From Octopus sinensis (lineage: Eukaryota), in NCBI RefSeq assembly GCF_006345805.1, contig NC_042998.1, positions 125,426,001-125,490,000 on the forward strand: a DNA stretch of 64,000 nt. Reading direction: 5' to 3'. Made by a program: the position numbers and the translations under genes. The notes under the pieces are model-generated. The model did no database searches. It was not told where the DNA came from and was given only the letters and a program-made list of their open reading frames with translations. The stretch's first letter is position 1; the number at the start of each line of letters is the position of its first letter. Positions 50,509 to 63,983 of the stretch are shown in pieces.

Positions 50509-50905
50509 TATACTCTTTTATTCTTTTACTTGTTTCAGTCATTTGACTGCGGCCATGCTGGAGCACCGCCTTTAATCGAGCGATTCGACCCCGGGACTTA
50601 TTCTTTTGTAAGCCCAGTACTTATTCTATCGGTCTATTTTGCCGAACCGCTAAGTAACGGGGACATAAACACACCAGCATCAGTTGTCAAACAATGCTAG
50701 GGGGACAAACACAGACACACAAACACACACACATACATATATACGACGGGCTTCTTTCAGTTTCCATCTACCAAATCCACTCACAAGGCTTTGGTCGGCC
50801 CGAGGCTATAGTAGAAGACACTTGCCCAAGGTGCCATGCAGTGGGACTGAACCCGGAACCATGTGGTTGGTTAGCAAGCTACTTAGCACACAGCCACTCC
50901 TGTAC
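50509..50905 (-). mobile_element. Full-length tRNA-derived SINE with central (CA)n/(TA)n
   Basis: tRNA-like head (ggttccgggttcagtcccactg) and tail actcttttacttgtttcagtcatttgactgcggccatgctggagcacc; relatives at about 12760-12945, 19395-19770, 46880-47150, 60125-60490 and 62850-63000. Confidence 0.85.
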
Positions 50906-52989
50906 CTATATATATGCATGTGTGTAAAGACATTAAACAAAAGTGTGAGCAGTTAATTTAGTGATAGAAATAACTTGAAATAGTAAAAAGGTTATAAATT
51001 TTATTTTAATCTGTAATATAACTTCAACTTAAAATAATTATACATTATATATATATTTAATTTAAATAAATATTTTACTTTAGATACTGAATTATATTTC
51101 TAAATTGTCATATATATTTATATATATTGTTTTTGTTTATTCTGTGGTGCAAAAATAAGTGTTCAATACACCATTGTGTTACAAGTGTGTATAGGCTAAT
51201 ATGAGTTTGTCATGTGTCAGGAAAACATGACAACACAGACACATATATCAAAGGGAAAGATTTATTTTCAAGGTTTATAAGGAAATAGTGCTGCACATGA
51301 TAATCACTAACCAGAAGCTTTAAGAATTTCATGAGTAAATGAATAAAAAAAAAAATTAAATATGTGAATTCTATGCATTTTTTCCTTATAATTCCTGAAT
51401 TCCCAATTCAAATTTCTAATCCAAATATGAAGAAATATTATCTCCCTTGCAGTAGCGGTGAACACTAGGGAAACCATGTGTTTAATTTTTTTAAATTGAC
51501 ACCTCATTTTTTCTTTACATAAAAATAACAGAAGAAACTAAAATTCAATATACATTTTAATTTGGGCTATTAAGAAATTTCATATCTTTATTTATATTTT
51601 AATAAATATCTAAGTCTAAAATTTTAATTCCAGATTTTTATATCTCCACTGTACCATTTCTATTTAGGCATACATCTTGGTTTTATGAATTTGAAATTTA
51701 AAACTTTAAGACCACCCCTTCTATTTCTACTAAGAAAAAAGAAAAGGAGAGACAGAGTGAAGAGAGTGTATCTGTAATTAAAAAAAAAAAAAAAACATAC
51801 ACAAAACTAACCATAACTCTCTAAAGTTGAGCACCGGCATTGGAAGATCTTGCATACCAGCAAAGATCAATTACAATAACATACACATACACATTCTAAG
51901 TGTGATTCTTGGCAACAGTGTACATTCACAGACTTCAAGGAAATAATACTAAAAAGACAAACATAGGAAAAAGAAGAAGCATTCATGGAAAAACACCTTT
52001 GATTAGAATTTTGACACTGGTAAAAATAGAAAATATCCTTGATTGAATAAATTCTACACAGATACACAGAAACTATTTTTGAAGTGTTTCTTTTCTACAG
52101 GTAAAATGGAAAACGGTTTCACTGGTATTAATTTCACATACGTAAATCAGAAAATAATTTCGATAGTATTGATTTCACACGAGTAAATAGAAAACAATTT
52201 TAATAGTTTTACACATAAAGAAAACATTTCTGATGAGATTAGTCACTCAGAGAGAGCTTATATATTCTTCATTTCAAATAGATAAAATAAAGAACATTTT
52301 TAATAAATCTAATTTCATAAAGATAAGAAAACATTTTCAGTCAGATTAAATTCATACATATGAATAGAAAACAGTTTTAATAGGCTTATATTTTTAACAG
52401 AAACCATTATAGCCTTAATTTTATACAGACAGATAGTAAAATGATATCTGGTAGAATAAATTAATTTCACACAAAGTGCTGAAAAACAATTCTTCCGTTT
52501 TCTGGTGTGGAAAAAAAAAATTCTAGTAACTTTAAAAGAATATACTTTACAGATTGTCAGACATAACAAGAAATAGAAGTTGAAAGTATATTTCAAGTTC
52601 GAATTCACTAATATTCATAATGAAAATATAACTCAGATTTATTATTGGCACTGTTGAGTCACCAGGTATTGGGACTTAGGATTCATTTTTTGGCTATTTT
52701 ACTGACCTCTTCTGGCTTAGTCAGACCTTTTGTGTTGATACAGTTAAAACAAAAACAACTTCTTTTTACTAGAATTTGAATTTGAGAGTAAAAAAAAAAA
52801 AAAAACTAAAACAAAAATATTAACTGACACGTTCAGTTCCACCTAATTAAAGGTTTAAAAATATTTTTTATTGTTTTACATATTTCTCTGCTAGTGTGAG
52901 TGACATGCTTTTGTTGTAGCAATTTGTATTTTATTTTTCATTTTTTAGGCCTCACTAAGGAAATGACTAGTGACTGAGACTTTTGGAAA

Positions 52990-53737
52990 TATGTTGTGCT
53001 TGAGAAGACCCGGCAAGCCAAATGAGACCATAACCTCGTGGCCTATGCTAGGGGCATAACCAGCCCACTTATGTGTACCTATTCCTTCTTTGGACACTAA
53101 ATTCTGCTTGCAAAGACCTGTTGAGGCAAGTGAAATCAAAATCAAATTCGATGACTGGCATCCGTGCTAGCAGGGTGCAAAGAGCACCATACAAGTGTGA
53201 TTGTTGACAAAGCAGCTAACTGGCTTCTGTGCCAGTGGAACAGAGTGTGATCATTGACAGAGTAGCTAACCAGCTTCTGTGCCAGTGGCAGATGAAAGGC
53301 ACCATTCGAGTGTGATCGTTACCAGCGTCGCCTTACTGGCACTTGTGCCCGTGCTTGTAGGGTGCTAAGAGCACCATCCAAGCGTGATCGTTGCCAGAGC
53401 AGCTAACTGGCTTCTGTGCCGGTGGCACATAAAAAACACCATTCAAGTGTGATCGTTTCCAGCAGCATCGCCTTACTGGCATCTGTGCTGGTGGCATGTG
53501 TAAAAAGATCCGAGAGAGGTCATTACCAGTACCGCCTGACTGGCCCCCGTGTCGGTGGCACGTAAAAGCAACCACTACATGCTCGGAGTGGTTGGCATTA
53601 GGAAGGGCATCCAGCTGTAGAAACTCTGCCAGATCAAGATTGGGGCCTGGTGCAGCCATCTGGTTCGCCAGCCCTCAGTCAAAATCGTCCAACCCATGCT
53701 AGCATGGAAAGTGGACATTAAACGATGATGATGATGA
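52990..53737 (+). mobile_element. SINE of the (GAT)n-tailed family, long copy with internal GTGCCA(G/C)/TGGCAC modules
   Basis: Core ggaagggcatccagctgtagaaact...aacccatgctagcatggaaagtggacattaaacgatgatgatg recurs across the window. Confidence 0.85.
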
Positions 53738-56700
53738 ATTCTAATTTTATTTATTTATATATATTTTTTGTAATAAGATATTTTTCTTCCTTTTCTCCAC
53801 TCAGCTGGTAAGAGTGGAATTTATCAGTCCAGCAGAATTATGTGCTTTAACCAACAGTACACAATTGTTGTAAAGTTTGTACTTACGACTCAGTGTTCAG
53901 CAATCCAGCCCCGTTTTCTTTTCTCTCTTCATGAACTTCTTCAATCTAGTAGGCCAGTACTAATTTCTGGCTTCTTGGTATGAAGTGGGTGAAAAAAATG
54001 TGACCATGTACAAGAAGCTATTCTATTTGCAGGTACTTTTTCCACAGCACTATGAGACAATGAATCACTAATTTTACAATTTAGCTGCAGCTTATAATAA
54101 TGAGTTATACTACACTGCCATACATACTCAGAACTCAGTGGACATAGTCAAAGTCATTAGCATCAACACAAAATGAACCTCTGATTTTTTTGATTGACTG
54201 GTTATTCAGCATCTTATCAATTTAGTCATCTTTACATTTAATCTTTAAAGTAAAAAATTCTCTGTTAATTATATTTATTCATACTGATCTTTTTGAACTA
54301 TGAAGGCATTGGAAATTTCCAGAGAAATTCAAATCAATTGGAAATAAGTGCACTTTGCACACATATGAATCACGAGCTTTCTTTTGTTTTAGAATGAAAA
54401 CAAGAGAAATTATATCACAATATCACACTTCAGAACATCATATATTGCAAGTGTGGACAGCATTTGGTCAACCCACCTTATATTAGTTATGCTGAACAGA
54501 AAATGTGATTAAAAAGGCAAGCATAGACACAATACAGTAAAATAGATAACTACAAAGCAGTACAGTACTGAAATGACAATGACAGGTTAGAAGAAATGTG
54601 TACTACATTCAGACAGAATATTTTGTTGCACATTAACAGAGTGTGAATATAACACAGCATATGATAAACAGTGGAATGACTGTGCAAAATATAGTAGGCA
54701 TTCATACAGAGAGAGACAACCAGAGCAGATAGGATAAGTAGGCCAACTGTTTAGATTCTTAATAATAAATTTGTAAAATGAAAAGACTAAAAGTTGAACA
54801 TTATCAACAGGAAAAATGGATGTCAAAAAAATTCAATTTATTAAAATTCCTATGTTTAGCCAAACTTCACATTGATTACATTAAATATTTCTATTTTACT
54901 AGATCATCACCATCAAAGTCAGTGAGAAAGCATGTTTGTGGTTGCTTGACAAACAAGAAATAGCAGTTAAATCTCTTTTGGATCACACTCTACTATCCTT
55001 AGAAAAAGGAAGAACATAGTAGAAAATGACATATAAGATAAACAATGTTTGAAAAGATGGGATGGTCATGGCTGGAATGTCTTTAATCATAGATTTGCAT
55101 GAAAACGCTAGACAAAATATGTTTGTGGATGACAGGGAAAAACAAAAGATACATAGTTTAAGTGGCTGAATATTCCAGACACATTTGTACTTTCTTTTAA
55201 GGTAACTGAGCCAGAATCAGCATAGTACAGTGAGTGAGAAAGCTGCCATTTTAAATTACAAGTACAGTCCATCAGACAGTTTCAATTTACCCAAAATCAT
55301 TTACAAAGCTTGGGCTGATCCAAGACAATAGTAAAAGACACTTGCTCAAAGTGCTACACAGTGGGATTGAACTGAGGACCATATGCTTGTGAAGCAAACC
55401 TCTTAGACCATTCAGCCACTTGATTGCTTATTGATTCAAAAACTGAATCATCTTTTTGCATTTGTTTCGGGAAATTTGGCAATAAAAGGTTCACAGAACA
55501 TAACTATATCTTTAAAAAAAAGTAGTAAGTGGTTAAGGAAATAAGGAAGCTATTCCACATGACATTCACCAAAACACTGTATAGTGAACCAATGATTGGC
55601 TCATTAGAAACCTATAACTAACAATGCTATTGTTCACTAATGGAAGATATAAAAATAAAATATTACGAAAGTCAATTACTCCAAAATAGATTCTATGAAG
55701 TAGTACAGCTAATTTTATGTTATTAAATAATGCAAGCAATGTTTAACTGCTAAGTATTTTTTTAAACTTGCAATGATGAACTTCTATAACTACAGTGACT
55801 ATAAGTTTATTTGAACAGTGGGGAGGGAAAACGAGATGGGTTTCACTACACTAACTTGCCTAGAGACACTACAATGTGAAAACGGTTTGCCTACAACCAA
55901 GTAAGTTACTGGAGTCAAGCACACATTGAGACATATAGCTTTAGCTAAAAGTATCAATAAAAAATCGCTATTGTTTCAAGATCTGCCAAAATTCTTTGGC
56001 TATATACAATCATGTACTAATTTAGTGGGGTCTCCCATATAATATAGTGAGTTACAAAATTTCAACTGAATTCATTCAAGCAGTCAATAGACAAAATCTA
56101 GGAATGCTTAAAAATCTTGAAAATAAGGGAGATAAATGTTTTGATAATTAAAGACAATGCACATCGGAATGGATCATGTCTTTAAAGTAAACTATGAAAA
56201 CAACAAATACGTTTCAAACTTATTAGACCTCTGCACCAAAGCATATTATATTGAAGTGGCAAGATTTAGAGTAATCTATGTATAGAAGGAATGTAGTGAT
56301 ACTGGTTATGTATATCAACAATATGGCTGAGGTAAACTATGTCAGGGAAGCAGTCTACATATCAAAAACACATCAGGTAAGGTCTTGTGTATGCAGTTTT
56401 AACTTTATCATTCTGCAAACAGCAGAAATATCTTTGTTCAAGCTAATCCTGATAACAAATGAATGTATTCTTTTACTGACTTTATTTATCAGGATCCTGC
56501 CAAGCTGGAGCATTACTTTCAGGGATATAGTCAATTATGTTGATCCCATTACTTAATTTAGGGTCTGTTTCTGTGGTTCCAATTTCACAACAGTCATTTT
56601 AATCTTTCAGCTCTCTGAGAATGATGATGCATGTGCCACAGGTGTGTGTTTGTGTAGATAGGTAATAACAATTTTGACAGTGTTTAGCAGCTGAACATTG

Positions 56701-57316
56701 CAATCCAACCTCAACTTCCTTAGTTAAGAAACCACCTTGACAGAATTGCTAGCATTCTGTCTTGATGAAGACATAGCTTCTCAAAGCAAAATTTTTTATT
56801 AGAACCGTTAATCATAGGTGAATCTAGAGATGAAGATATATGGGATTAAAAAAATTATTCTAAAATTTCTAGAGGTATGAAAAAAAATTTACAAGAAAAT
56901 ACCTTAATTTTTTCAGACTTACACTGACTTAATGTTAACTAAAAACTTAGAAGCCTACTAAGCTTGCTTGATTTGGAAATAAAAATAGACTATACATAAT
57001 GTCTATTTTTATTTAATATAATGGTTAGCTACAATTATAACATTAAAAAATATATTTGTAAACAACAATTTGAGATCTGAAAAAATAATCATGTGCTAAC
57101 TTACAGAAATCACAAAGCATATTTGTTTCTTACTAGTAAAACCAGGAGACCTGTAGTTTTCCTCTCTCAAATTAAGCTACAAAATTCTACCCACAATAAT
57201 ATATCTAAAATTTACCTCAAGACAGTTTTTATTCTACACAAATATGTGTGTGTGTGTGTGTCTATATATATATTTGAATGTCTGTATGTACAAACAAGGA
57301 AAATGGAATGAGCTAA

Positions 57317-57465
57317 TCCTTTTATTACATTAATTTGCAATTGTTCCATCAGAAATTGATCTCATGAATATTGTTATATTATGCATAAAGTTATTTGCAA
57401 ATATAGCAATATTCATGAGATTGAATTCAGATGAAACAATTGTGCAAATTAATGTAATAAAAGGA
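57317..57465. repeat. 149-bp imperfect palindrome downstream of the DOCK-like stop codon
   Basis: TCCTTTTATTACATTAATTTGCA...ATCTCATGAATATTG is mirrored by CAATATTCATGAGAT...TGCAAATTAATGTAATAAAAGGA. Confidence 0.85.
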
Positions 57466-59744
57466 CTTGCCTCTCTTTGTTTATAATTGTAAAATCTCTG
57501 GATATGTGTGGATTTTTAAGAATGTTTTTGATAAAACAAACAATCTCTGCATTACTGTCTGTCTGATAACTTGGACCCATGGATAATAGGGTAAACTCAA
57601 GGGTCAACACCCAAATGAAATTATATATATATATATATATGAATTTAAAAACCTGCTTAATTGCTCAGTTTCATTTCATAATTATGATCTGCTAAACTGA
57701 AATACTGAGTAAGAATGAATTAAGATCTTTAATCTTTAAAAATATTGTTACAGCTTCTGTTTTATGCGATCACACACACACACGTACAATACAGACTTAT
57801 ATCCAGTTTGGTAAAATGGGCATAAAATTATGATGATGGTGATGATGATGTGTACTTCTTGGTTACACTTGCTTGGTTCGTGATTTCATTTGGAATTGTG
57901 TGTTAATATTAAAGTAATTGCATCATACTAAAGCCTTGATTCATTAAAATTGCTTGCTGCTAGATTCACTTCAGCTATATTATTGTTTTGTGATGACAGT
58001 AAAAACCCTTAAACGTGGAAAGTATTTTGCTGTACTCTGACATATTTATTGGTAATCTGCTTCAATCAGTGACAAGATAAAAGATGTATGATGAAGGATT
58101 TTCACATATATTACAAAACAATAATAACAGAAATGAATACAAAAGGCTATGTGTGCATATATGTGTGTGTGTATATTATATATATAAATTAGTAGTTGTA
58201 GATTTGAATAACTTAATTCAGTAAATTATGTATTTCAGTGAAGAATCAAAAAAGATGCAAAAAAAATCCTTTTAAGTATAAAGAAAGAAAACAGAAAAAC
58301 TGTCCAAAATCTTCAGGTTACTAACAATTTTCATAGTCTTAAATTAGAAAGTTTAAAGCAGTATTTTGTGATTCATTTAGCACCTGACATCTATTGTTCA
58401 AAATAAACAGTGAAATCATAAATAATGTTATATTTCATATAAATATTCACACAGTAAAACAGAGAATTTGAACCAGTGTTGTTGCATTTGTGTGTCTATG
58501 TGTACCTAGCTAATCATTTAAGTGGGGGGATGGGGTTGTGTGATTTGTGTATGTGTGAATGAGGAAACAGCAGTTTTAATTGTGTTTATATTCAGATATG
58601 AGATTCTCGGCTCAACCTTTCATTCATAGAATTCTTTCATATGTTTCGATTACATAACAAGTAAACATGAACAGCACTCAACAAATATACAGTCATGTGT
58701 TCACAAAGACTGTAATGTATTTCACAACTATGATACATGGAAGTGTAATGAAGGCAGAAAAGATGCACTTCCAAGAATGTATATATGCTTAGTTACTTTC
58801 AGTGAAAAGTAATCAATATAGAATATTTTTCAGATAAAAAGAGAAGGATATATAACTTTATGTCTAGAATATTTTCCTTGAGGGAACCTCATAAAAAAAG
58901 AATTTCTTGTAACTCACAGGATACAAATGCACATTGAGTAGTCAGATCTAAGTATAATACAGATGTACTTATGTGCAATTTGATTTACTTAAAACTGATT
59001 ACTTAAGAGTTATAAATGTTAAAAATATCCAGGACATATGGATAACTAATAGAAAATATGAATCGAATTCCATCACAACGAATGAGTAAAATTGTCTTTG
59101 ATGGACATTTAAAAAATAAATGATTAAAATAAAAATGTTAAAAATAGTCTTCGTACAGCAAAATCTATTTGCCAGCTGCCAGCAGTTGAGTTATATCCCT
59201 GGCAAGGATATCAATAAGGTAGGGGAAGGAGGAAAATAACCAGCGTTGAATAGTGTTGTTATTAGATGGAGTGAGGAATACTCCAAAATGTCAACATATA
59301 GAGATGGAGGTAACTTCCAACTGTTGAACAGGGAAAAAAAAAAATTAAATTTATATAAAATTTGTTCAAGAGATAGTTGAAATATGTTCGTTCCTCCCAA
59401 AAGATTATTTCTGTTTAGTTTTATAGATAAAATTTGAAGAGGAAATTATAAAAACTTAAATGCATAAAGGAAAAAAAATAAATGTGAAATGTGCATGGGT
59501 TTATGTTTTGATGTTATGGAGGGGAAAAATATTGCCATAACATTTTAATTTCATGAGATTTTCTTCCAGTCTAGCTTTGTAGATTTCATTTAGACTCAAG
59601 AGTAATTTAGTGTAAATCTGGCACTGCCAGAGTAATCTCTTCTCCTCTAATTCACTTGCTGGCAAGTGCAGTAAAAACAAACAATGTTGTTGCTTGAAAA
59701 ATGATGAGAGCACAGTCATGAATCTTTGAGCAAGTCTGTTGATG

Positions 59745-59813
59745 TTATCGTGGAAGTGGTGGCTTTCTAGGTACAGGTGGTATTTCTTCTTCAACTGGGA
59801 TTGGAGGAGGTGG
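59745..59813 (-). CDS. DOCK1: Terminal coding exon of the same gene (PPPPIPVEEEIPPVPRKPPLPR*), with proline-rich SH3-ligand motifs
   Basis: Acceptor tttattttgcag|; phase 0 matches the upstream exon; TAA at 59747-59745. Confidence 0.7.
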   Translation of the reverse strand, partial: PPPPIPVEEEIPPVPRKPPLPR

Positions 59814-60124
59814 CTGCAAAATAAAGTTAAAACAGCTGAGTATATATAAAATGGTAAATACACACACACAGTGAGAAGATCCATTCATCTAACATGACAA
59901 CTTCTTTAGGTCTTGCATCCTGAAAACTCTTAAAATGGTTGGTGTTAGTGCATCCAGCTATAGAAAGCAAAACCATCTAGGAGAGCAGGGACTTCAAATA
60001 GGAACTGACTTGGAATCAACAACTCATACAACCCATGCCAGAATGGAAAATGGACATAAAACATTGATTATATATACATGCATACACACACACACGACAA
60101 AAAAAATTTTTTAAATATATTCTT

Positions 60125-60490
60125 TTCTTTTATTTTTTTATTGTTTCAGTCACTTAACTGCAGCTATGCTGGAGCACTGCCTTGAAGGGTTTTAGTCAAA
60201 CAAATTAACTTGAGGACATTTTTAAAGCCTAGTACTTATTCTATTGGCCTCTTTTGCTGAACTGCTAAATTACGGGGACATAAACATACCAACAGCAGAT
60301 GTCAAGCAGTGATGGAGGTACAAACACAGATACAATGACACACATACATAGATATATATATATACATATATATATATATGACAAACTTTTTTCCGTTTCC
60401 GTCCTCAAAATCCATTCACAAGGCTTTGGTTAGTCCGAGGCTATAGTAGTAGGCACTTGGGCAAGGTGCCATGCAGTAGGACTGAACTCA
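60125..60490 (-). mobile_element. tRNA-derived SINE (same family as the 50509 copy)
   Basis: ttgtttcagtcacttaactgcagctatgctggagcactgcc...ccattcacaaggctttggtt. Confidence 0.8.
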
Positions 60491-60777
60491 TATACATATA
60501 TGAAACATGACACATCTCATGTTTTCTGAGTAAAGTTTAGGAGTGAAGTTTATCCTCATTTTTCTTGATTATTGTAGTGACAAAAGAGGAGTGATTAAAT
60601 AGTTAAACAGAGCTATGGCATGAAAGTTTCTGTCATGCAATAGAGGTACATGAATGGAAAAGAAAAATGTTAAAACATCTATAAACATATCTCAGTGATC
60701 AAACTCTAGTAAAAATATCAAATAGAGAAGCAATACATCATCAGATAGTTTGACTAACTAGACAAAATTGGACAATA

Positions 60778-62047
60778 CGAGGGGCGTTCAATAAGTAATG
60801 CCCCTGACCCACTTCCCATAGCAGTAGAACAACGACACTTGGCACAGTTATTAGTCTTTTCCTACATAGGAACTACCCAGAGTTATGCATTTCTCCCATC
60901 GTTTGATACAGCTCTGGAGACCGTTTTTGTAGAAGACCCCAGCTTGGTCCTCCAACCACGATGTGACTTCAGAAATCAAGGCTGCATCATCTGGGAAATG
61001 CTTTCCTTTCAAAATCAACTTCATGGCTGGGAAGAGGTGAAAATCAGAGGGTGCAAGGGGAGGAGTTCATAGCTGCACGCCTGTGCTTCTGATCTGGCGA
61101 CACGCGAGTTGTGGACCGGAGCGTTGTCCTGCAGGAGGAGGATGCCCTTGCTGATCTTGCCCCACCTCTTGATTTTGATAGCTTCTCTTAATTTCCTCAA
61201 AAGTGAAGCATAATAGGCTCCTGTAATTGTGGTACCCTTTGCCAGGAAATCTGTCATCACTACTCCATCCTGGTCCCAGAAGACTGTGAGCATAACCTTG
61301 TCAGCGGAGGGCTGCACCCTTGCCTTCTTTGGAGGAGGTGAGTCACGGTGCTTTCACTGCATTGACTGGGCTTTGGTCTATGGATCATAGTGATGGACCC
61401 AGGTTTTATCCTGTGTGATCAGTCTTTTGAAAAATTTTGACTCATCTTCTTGGCACATCTCCAAATTCATCCTCGAGCACTCAACGCGTTCTTGCTTCTG
61501 GAAAGGTGTGAGCAACCTGGAAATCCATCTGGCAGACACCTTTTGCATGTGCAAATGGTCATGAATGATAGTTTCCACAGACCCGGTACTAATCTTGACC
61601 TTATGGGCTATTAGGCGAATAGTTATGCGTTGACCTTCCAAAATGGCAGCCTCAACTTGACGGACAGACGTCTCATCAATGGCAGAAGGGGGCGACCAGA
61701 TCTGGGAGCTGTTTCCACAGAGTTCCAACTATGTTTGAATTCACAATGCCAGCGTTTTACAAGGTCATATGATGGGGGATCATCACCATAAGTTACTTTC
61801 ATTTCATCAAAAGTCTCCCGTGGTGTGCGTCCTTTCAAATACAAAAACCAGATCACTGCTCGACACTCAACAGGCTCCATTTCACACTTGACTCAGTTCA
61901 AACACCTGTAAATCAGAAACCACAATTAGTTCAGAGCTGTAATTCGCCACTTAATCTATAGAGGTATAAATAAGTGCACATGCAAAATTTCAGCTAGATC
62001 AAACAACTTCAAGTGAGTCAGGGGCATTACTTATTGAACGCTCCTCA
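60778..62047 (-). mobile_element. Full-length mariner (DD34D type), 1270 bp, transposase pseudogenised; lies in the last DOCK-like intron
   Basis: TIR CGAGGGGCGTTCAATAAGTAATGCCCCTGAC with its near-perfect reverse complement at the other end; TA on both sides. Transposase is broken over ORFs 61623..61880, 61378..61728 and 61021..61317 (MEPVECRAVI, TQDKTWVHHYDP, LLQDNAPVH) by frameshifts and stops. Confidence 0.95.
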
Positions 62048-62490
62048 TAGTTTTTGAGATGGAGGGAGTGAGGGAAGTTGGAGGGATGGATAGGTGGGTA
62101 AATATACATACATATATATATACACACAGTATCTCACAGAAGTATGTACACCCCTAAAAAATTTCAGTAAAATTGCCATTAATCTGATAATATTGAAGGA
62201 AATAAAATGAAATTTACACTGAATTTATACCAAATACTGGATATAGCAAATAACCCTATAGGGTGTACATATTTTTGTATCATTTGAAAAGTAATATTTC
62301 ATTCATATCTTTGAAAATGTTTGTTTTGAATTCCAAATTTGTATAATGTTTGCATGTATAATATATTTTATTCAGTATAAATTTTGTTAGATTTCCTTCA
62401 ATATTATCAGAGTAATGGCAATTTTACTGAAATTTTTTAGTAAGATACTTTATAAATATATAATGTGTGTGTGTGTGTGTAGGTTCTTAC

Positions 62491-62645
62491 TTTGTTCTTA
62501 GGTCCAACTGTAGTGATTAGACGATGGGAAACGATTTGTGAGTCCTCTCCCATAGTATTTGTGTAGTCAGCAAATGTTAACTTTTCCGGGAGCGGCGGTG
62601 GTTCGCCATAGAAATCAGAATCATCGCTGGTTGATTCGGGTGTTT
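62491..62645 (-). CDS. DOCK1: Penultimate coding exon of a DOCK1/myoblast city-like Rac GEF (ETPESTSDDSDFYGEPPPLPEKLTFADYTNTMGE...GPKNK)
   Basis: Acceptor tttctatcag|, donor |gtaaga; 155 nt, open in phase 1 to 0. PPPLPEK...ADYTN resembles, from memory, the DOCK1 tail PPPLPLKGSVADYGN. The exon is solid; family identity rests on this short motif. Confidence 0.65.
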
Positions 62646-63983
62646 CTGATAGAAAACAAATGAGAAGTAATTAATTATTGCAGTAGACAGCTCATGGATT
62701 GGGTGAGGACTTACTTGAGGCAGTATTTTACTGCTGGATACCCTTCCTATTACCAAACCTTACTTGCTTTACAAGTAAGGAGTATTTTTTTCTTGTTCTA
62801 TTTTTCTTCAAATGTGTTGAGCAACCAGTTGTAATGTCAATAAAGAATGTAAACATCATATCACCATTGCATGCAAGACACTCACAAAGCACTTGTCACC
62901 CCATGGTTATCGTAAAAGACACTTGTTCAAGGTGCTGCACAGTGAGATTGAACCTGAAGCCATGTGGTTGCAAAGCAAACAACTAAACCAAACAACCATA
63001 TGTGTGTCTATTATAAACAACATCAATGATAAGTGATTAACTGACTTGTTAATGAAGAGTATTCACCTCAGGGTTCATGCTAGGCAGGCAAGCAAGCAGG
63101 CAAGAAGTTTTTTCAATAACCTTCATATTTATAGGTTACATCTAGAAGATTTTTATTATACAGTGCCACAGACAAGTACTGTAACCAAAACGAGTTTGTT
63201 CCTGGAGATTTGCATCTGTGATTCAGATTCAGTTCAAGCTATTTCACTTACTCTACTTAGTTCCTTGGGTAATCACAACCTCCATTACTCAAAACACTTT
63301 AGTATAAAGGACTAATCATCTGGTGATGGATGTCTCTGCTCATGAAAATTCAAGCAATCAACTATTTATTTTATAATTTCAAGGGATAAATACTGTTTAC
63401 CTATCAGTAAATTTCTAGCATTCCCACTGATCTGCCAGTTCAGATTAGTCTAAGTAGACAGTACTACTGTGTCATATAAAATAATGTGCTCACTGTTTGA
63501 ATATAAGACTGAAGCCTTTTGAATGAAAGCTTCCTTTTCGTCATATAAACTTGTTTTTATTTCTAACTTTCACTTCTAATTTCTCTCTTATAATGAAGAA
63601 CCAAAAAGAAAAGAAATATCTTAAGCAATAACCAAGCCTTGTATTATCTACTCTATTGCTAAATCTACAACAGATTGTATGGTACTTATTGATAGGTAGC
63701 TTCACTAGTGTGAATAGATGCACAAAAAACTCACATTTTCTTATATATCATAGAAGAAAAGGAGCCATGGAAGAGGAGGAGTGGAGATAGAAAAGCTAAA
63801 AAGGTATACATATAGGAAGTCTCACAGAAGCAGAGAATTAAGGAATTAAAAGAAGAAAACAGATGAAAAAAAAAACTCAGGAAAGAAATGGAAGAGAAAA
63901 TAATTCCTCTATTGAAACTTACAGACAAAAATACTATGGATGAAACAATGGCATTTTTGATGATTTTAATAAATACAAAGCAC

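Noticed and set aside
59501-59884. 127-aa ORF over the DOCK-like last exon
   Set aside because: The real reading is a different frame (PPPPIPVEEE...) starting at the 59813 acceptor.
63401-63449. 49-nt phase-compatible extra DOCK-like exon (TNLNWQISGNARNLLI)
   Set aside because: Poor polypyrimidine tract and no sequence resemblance; an AG...GT pair like this is expected by chance.
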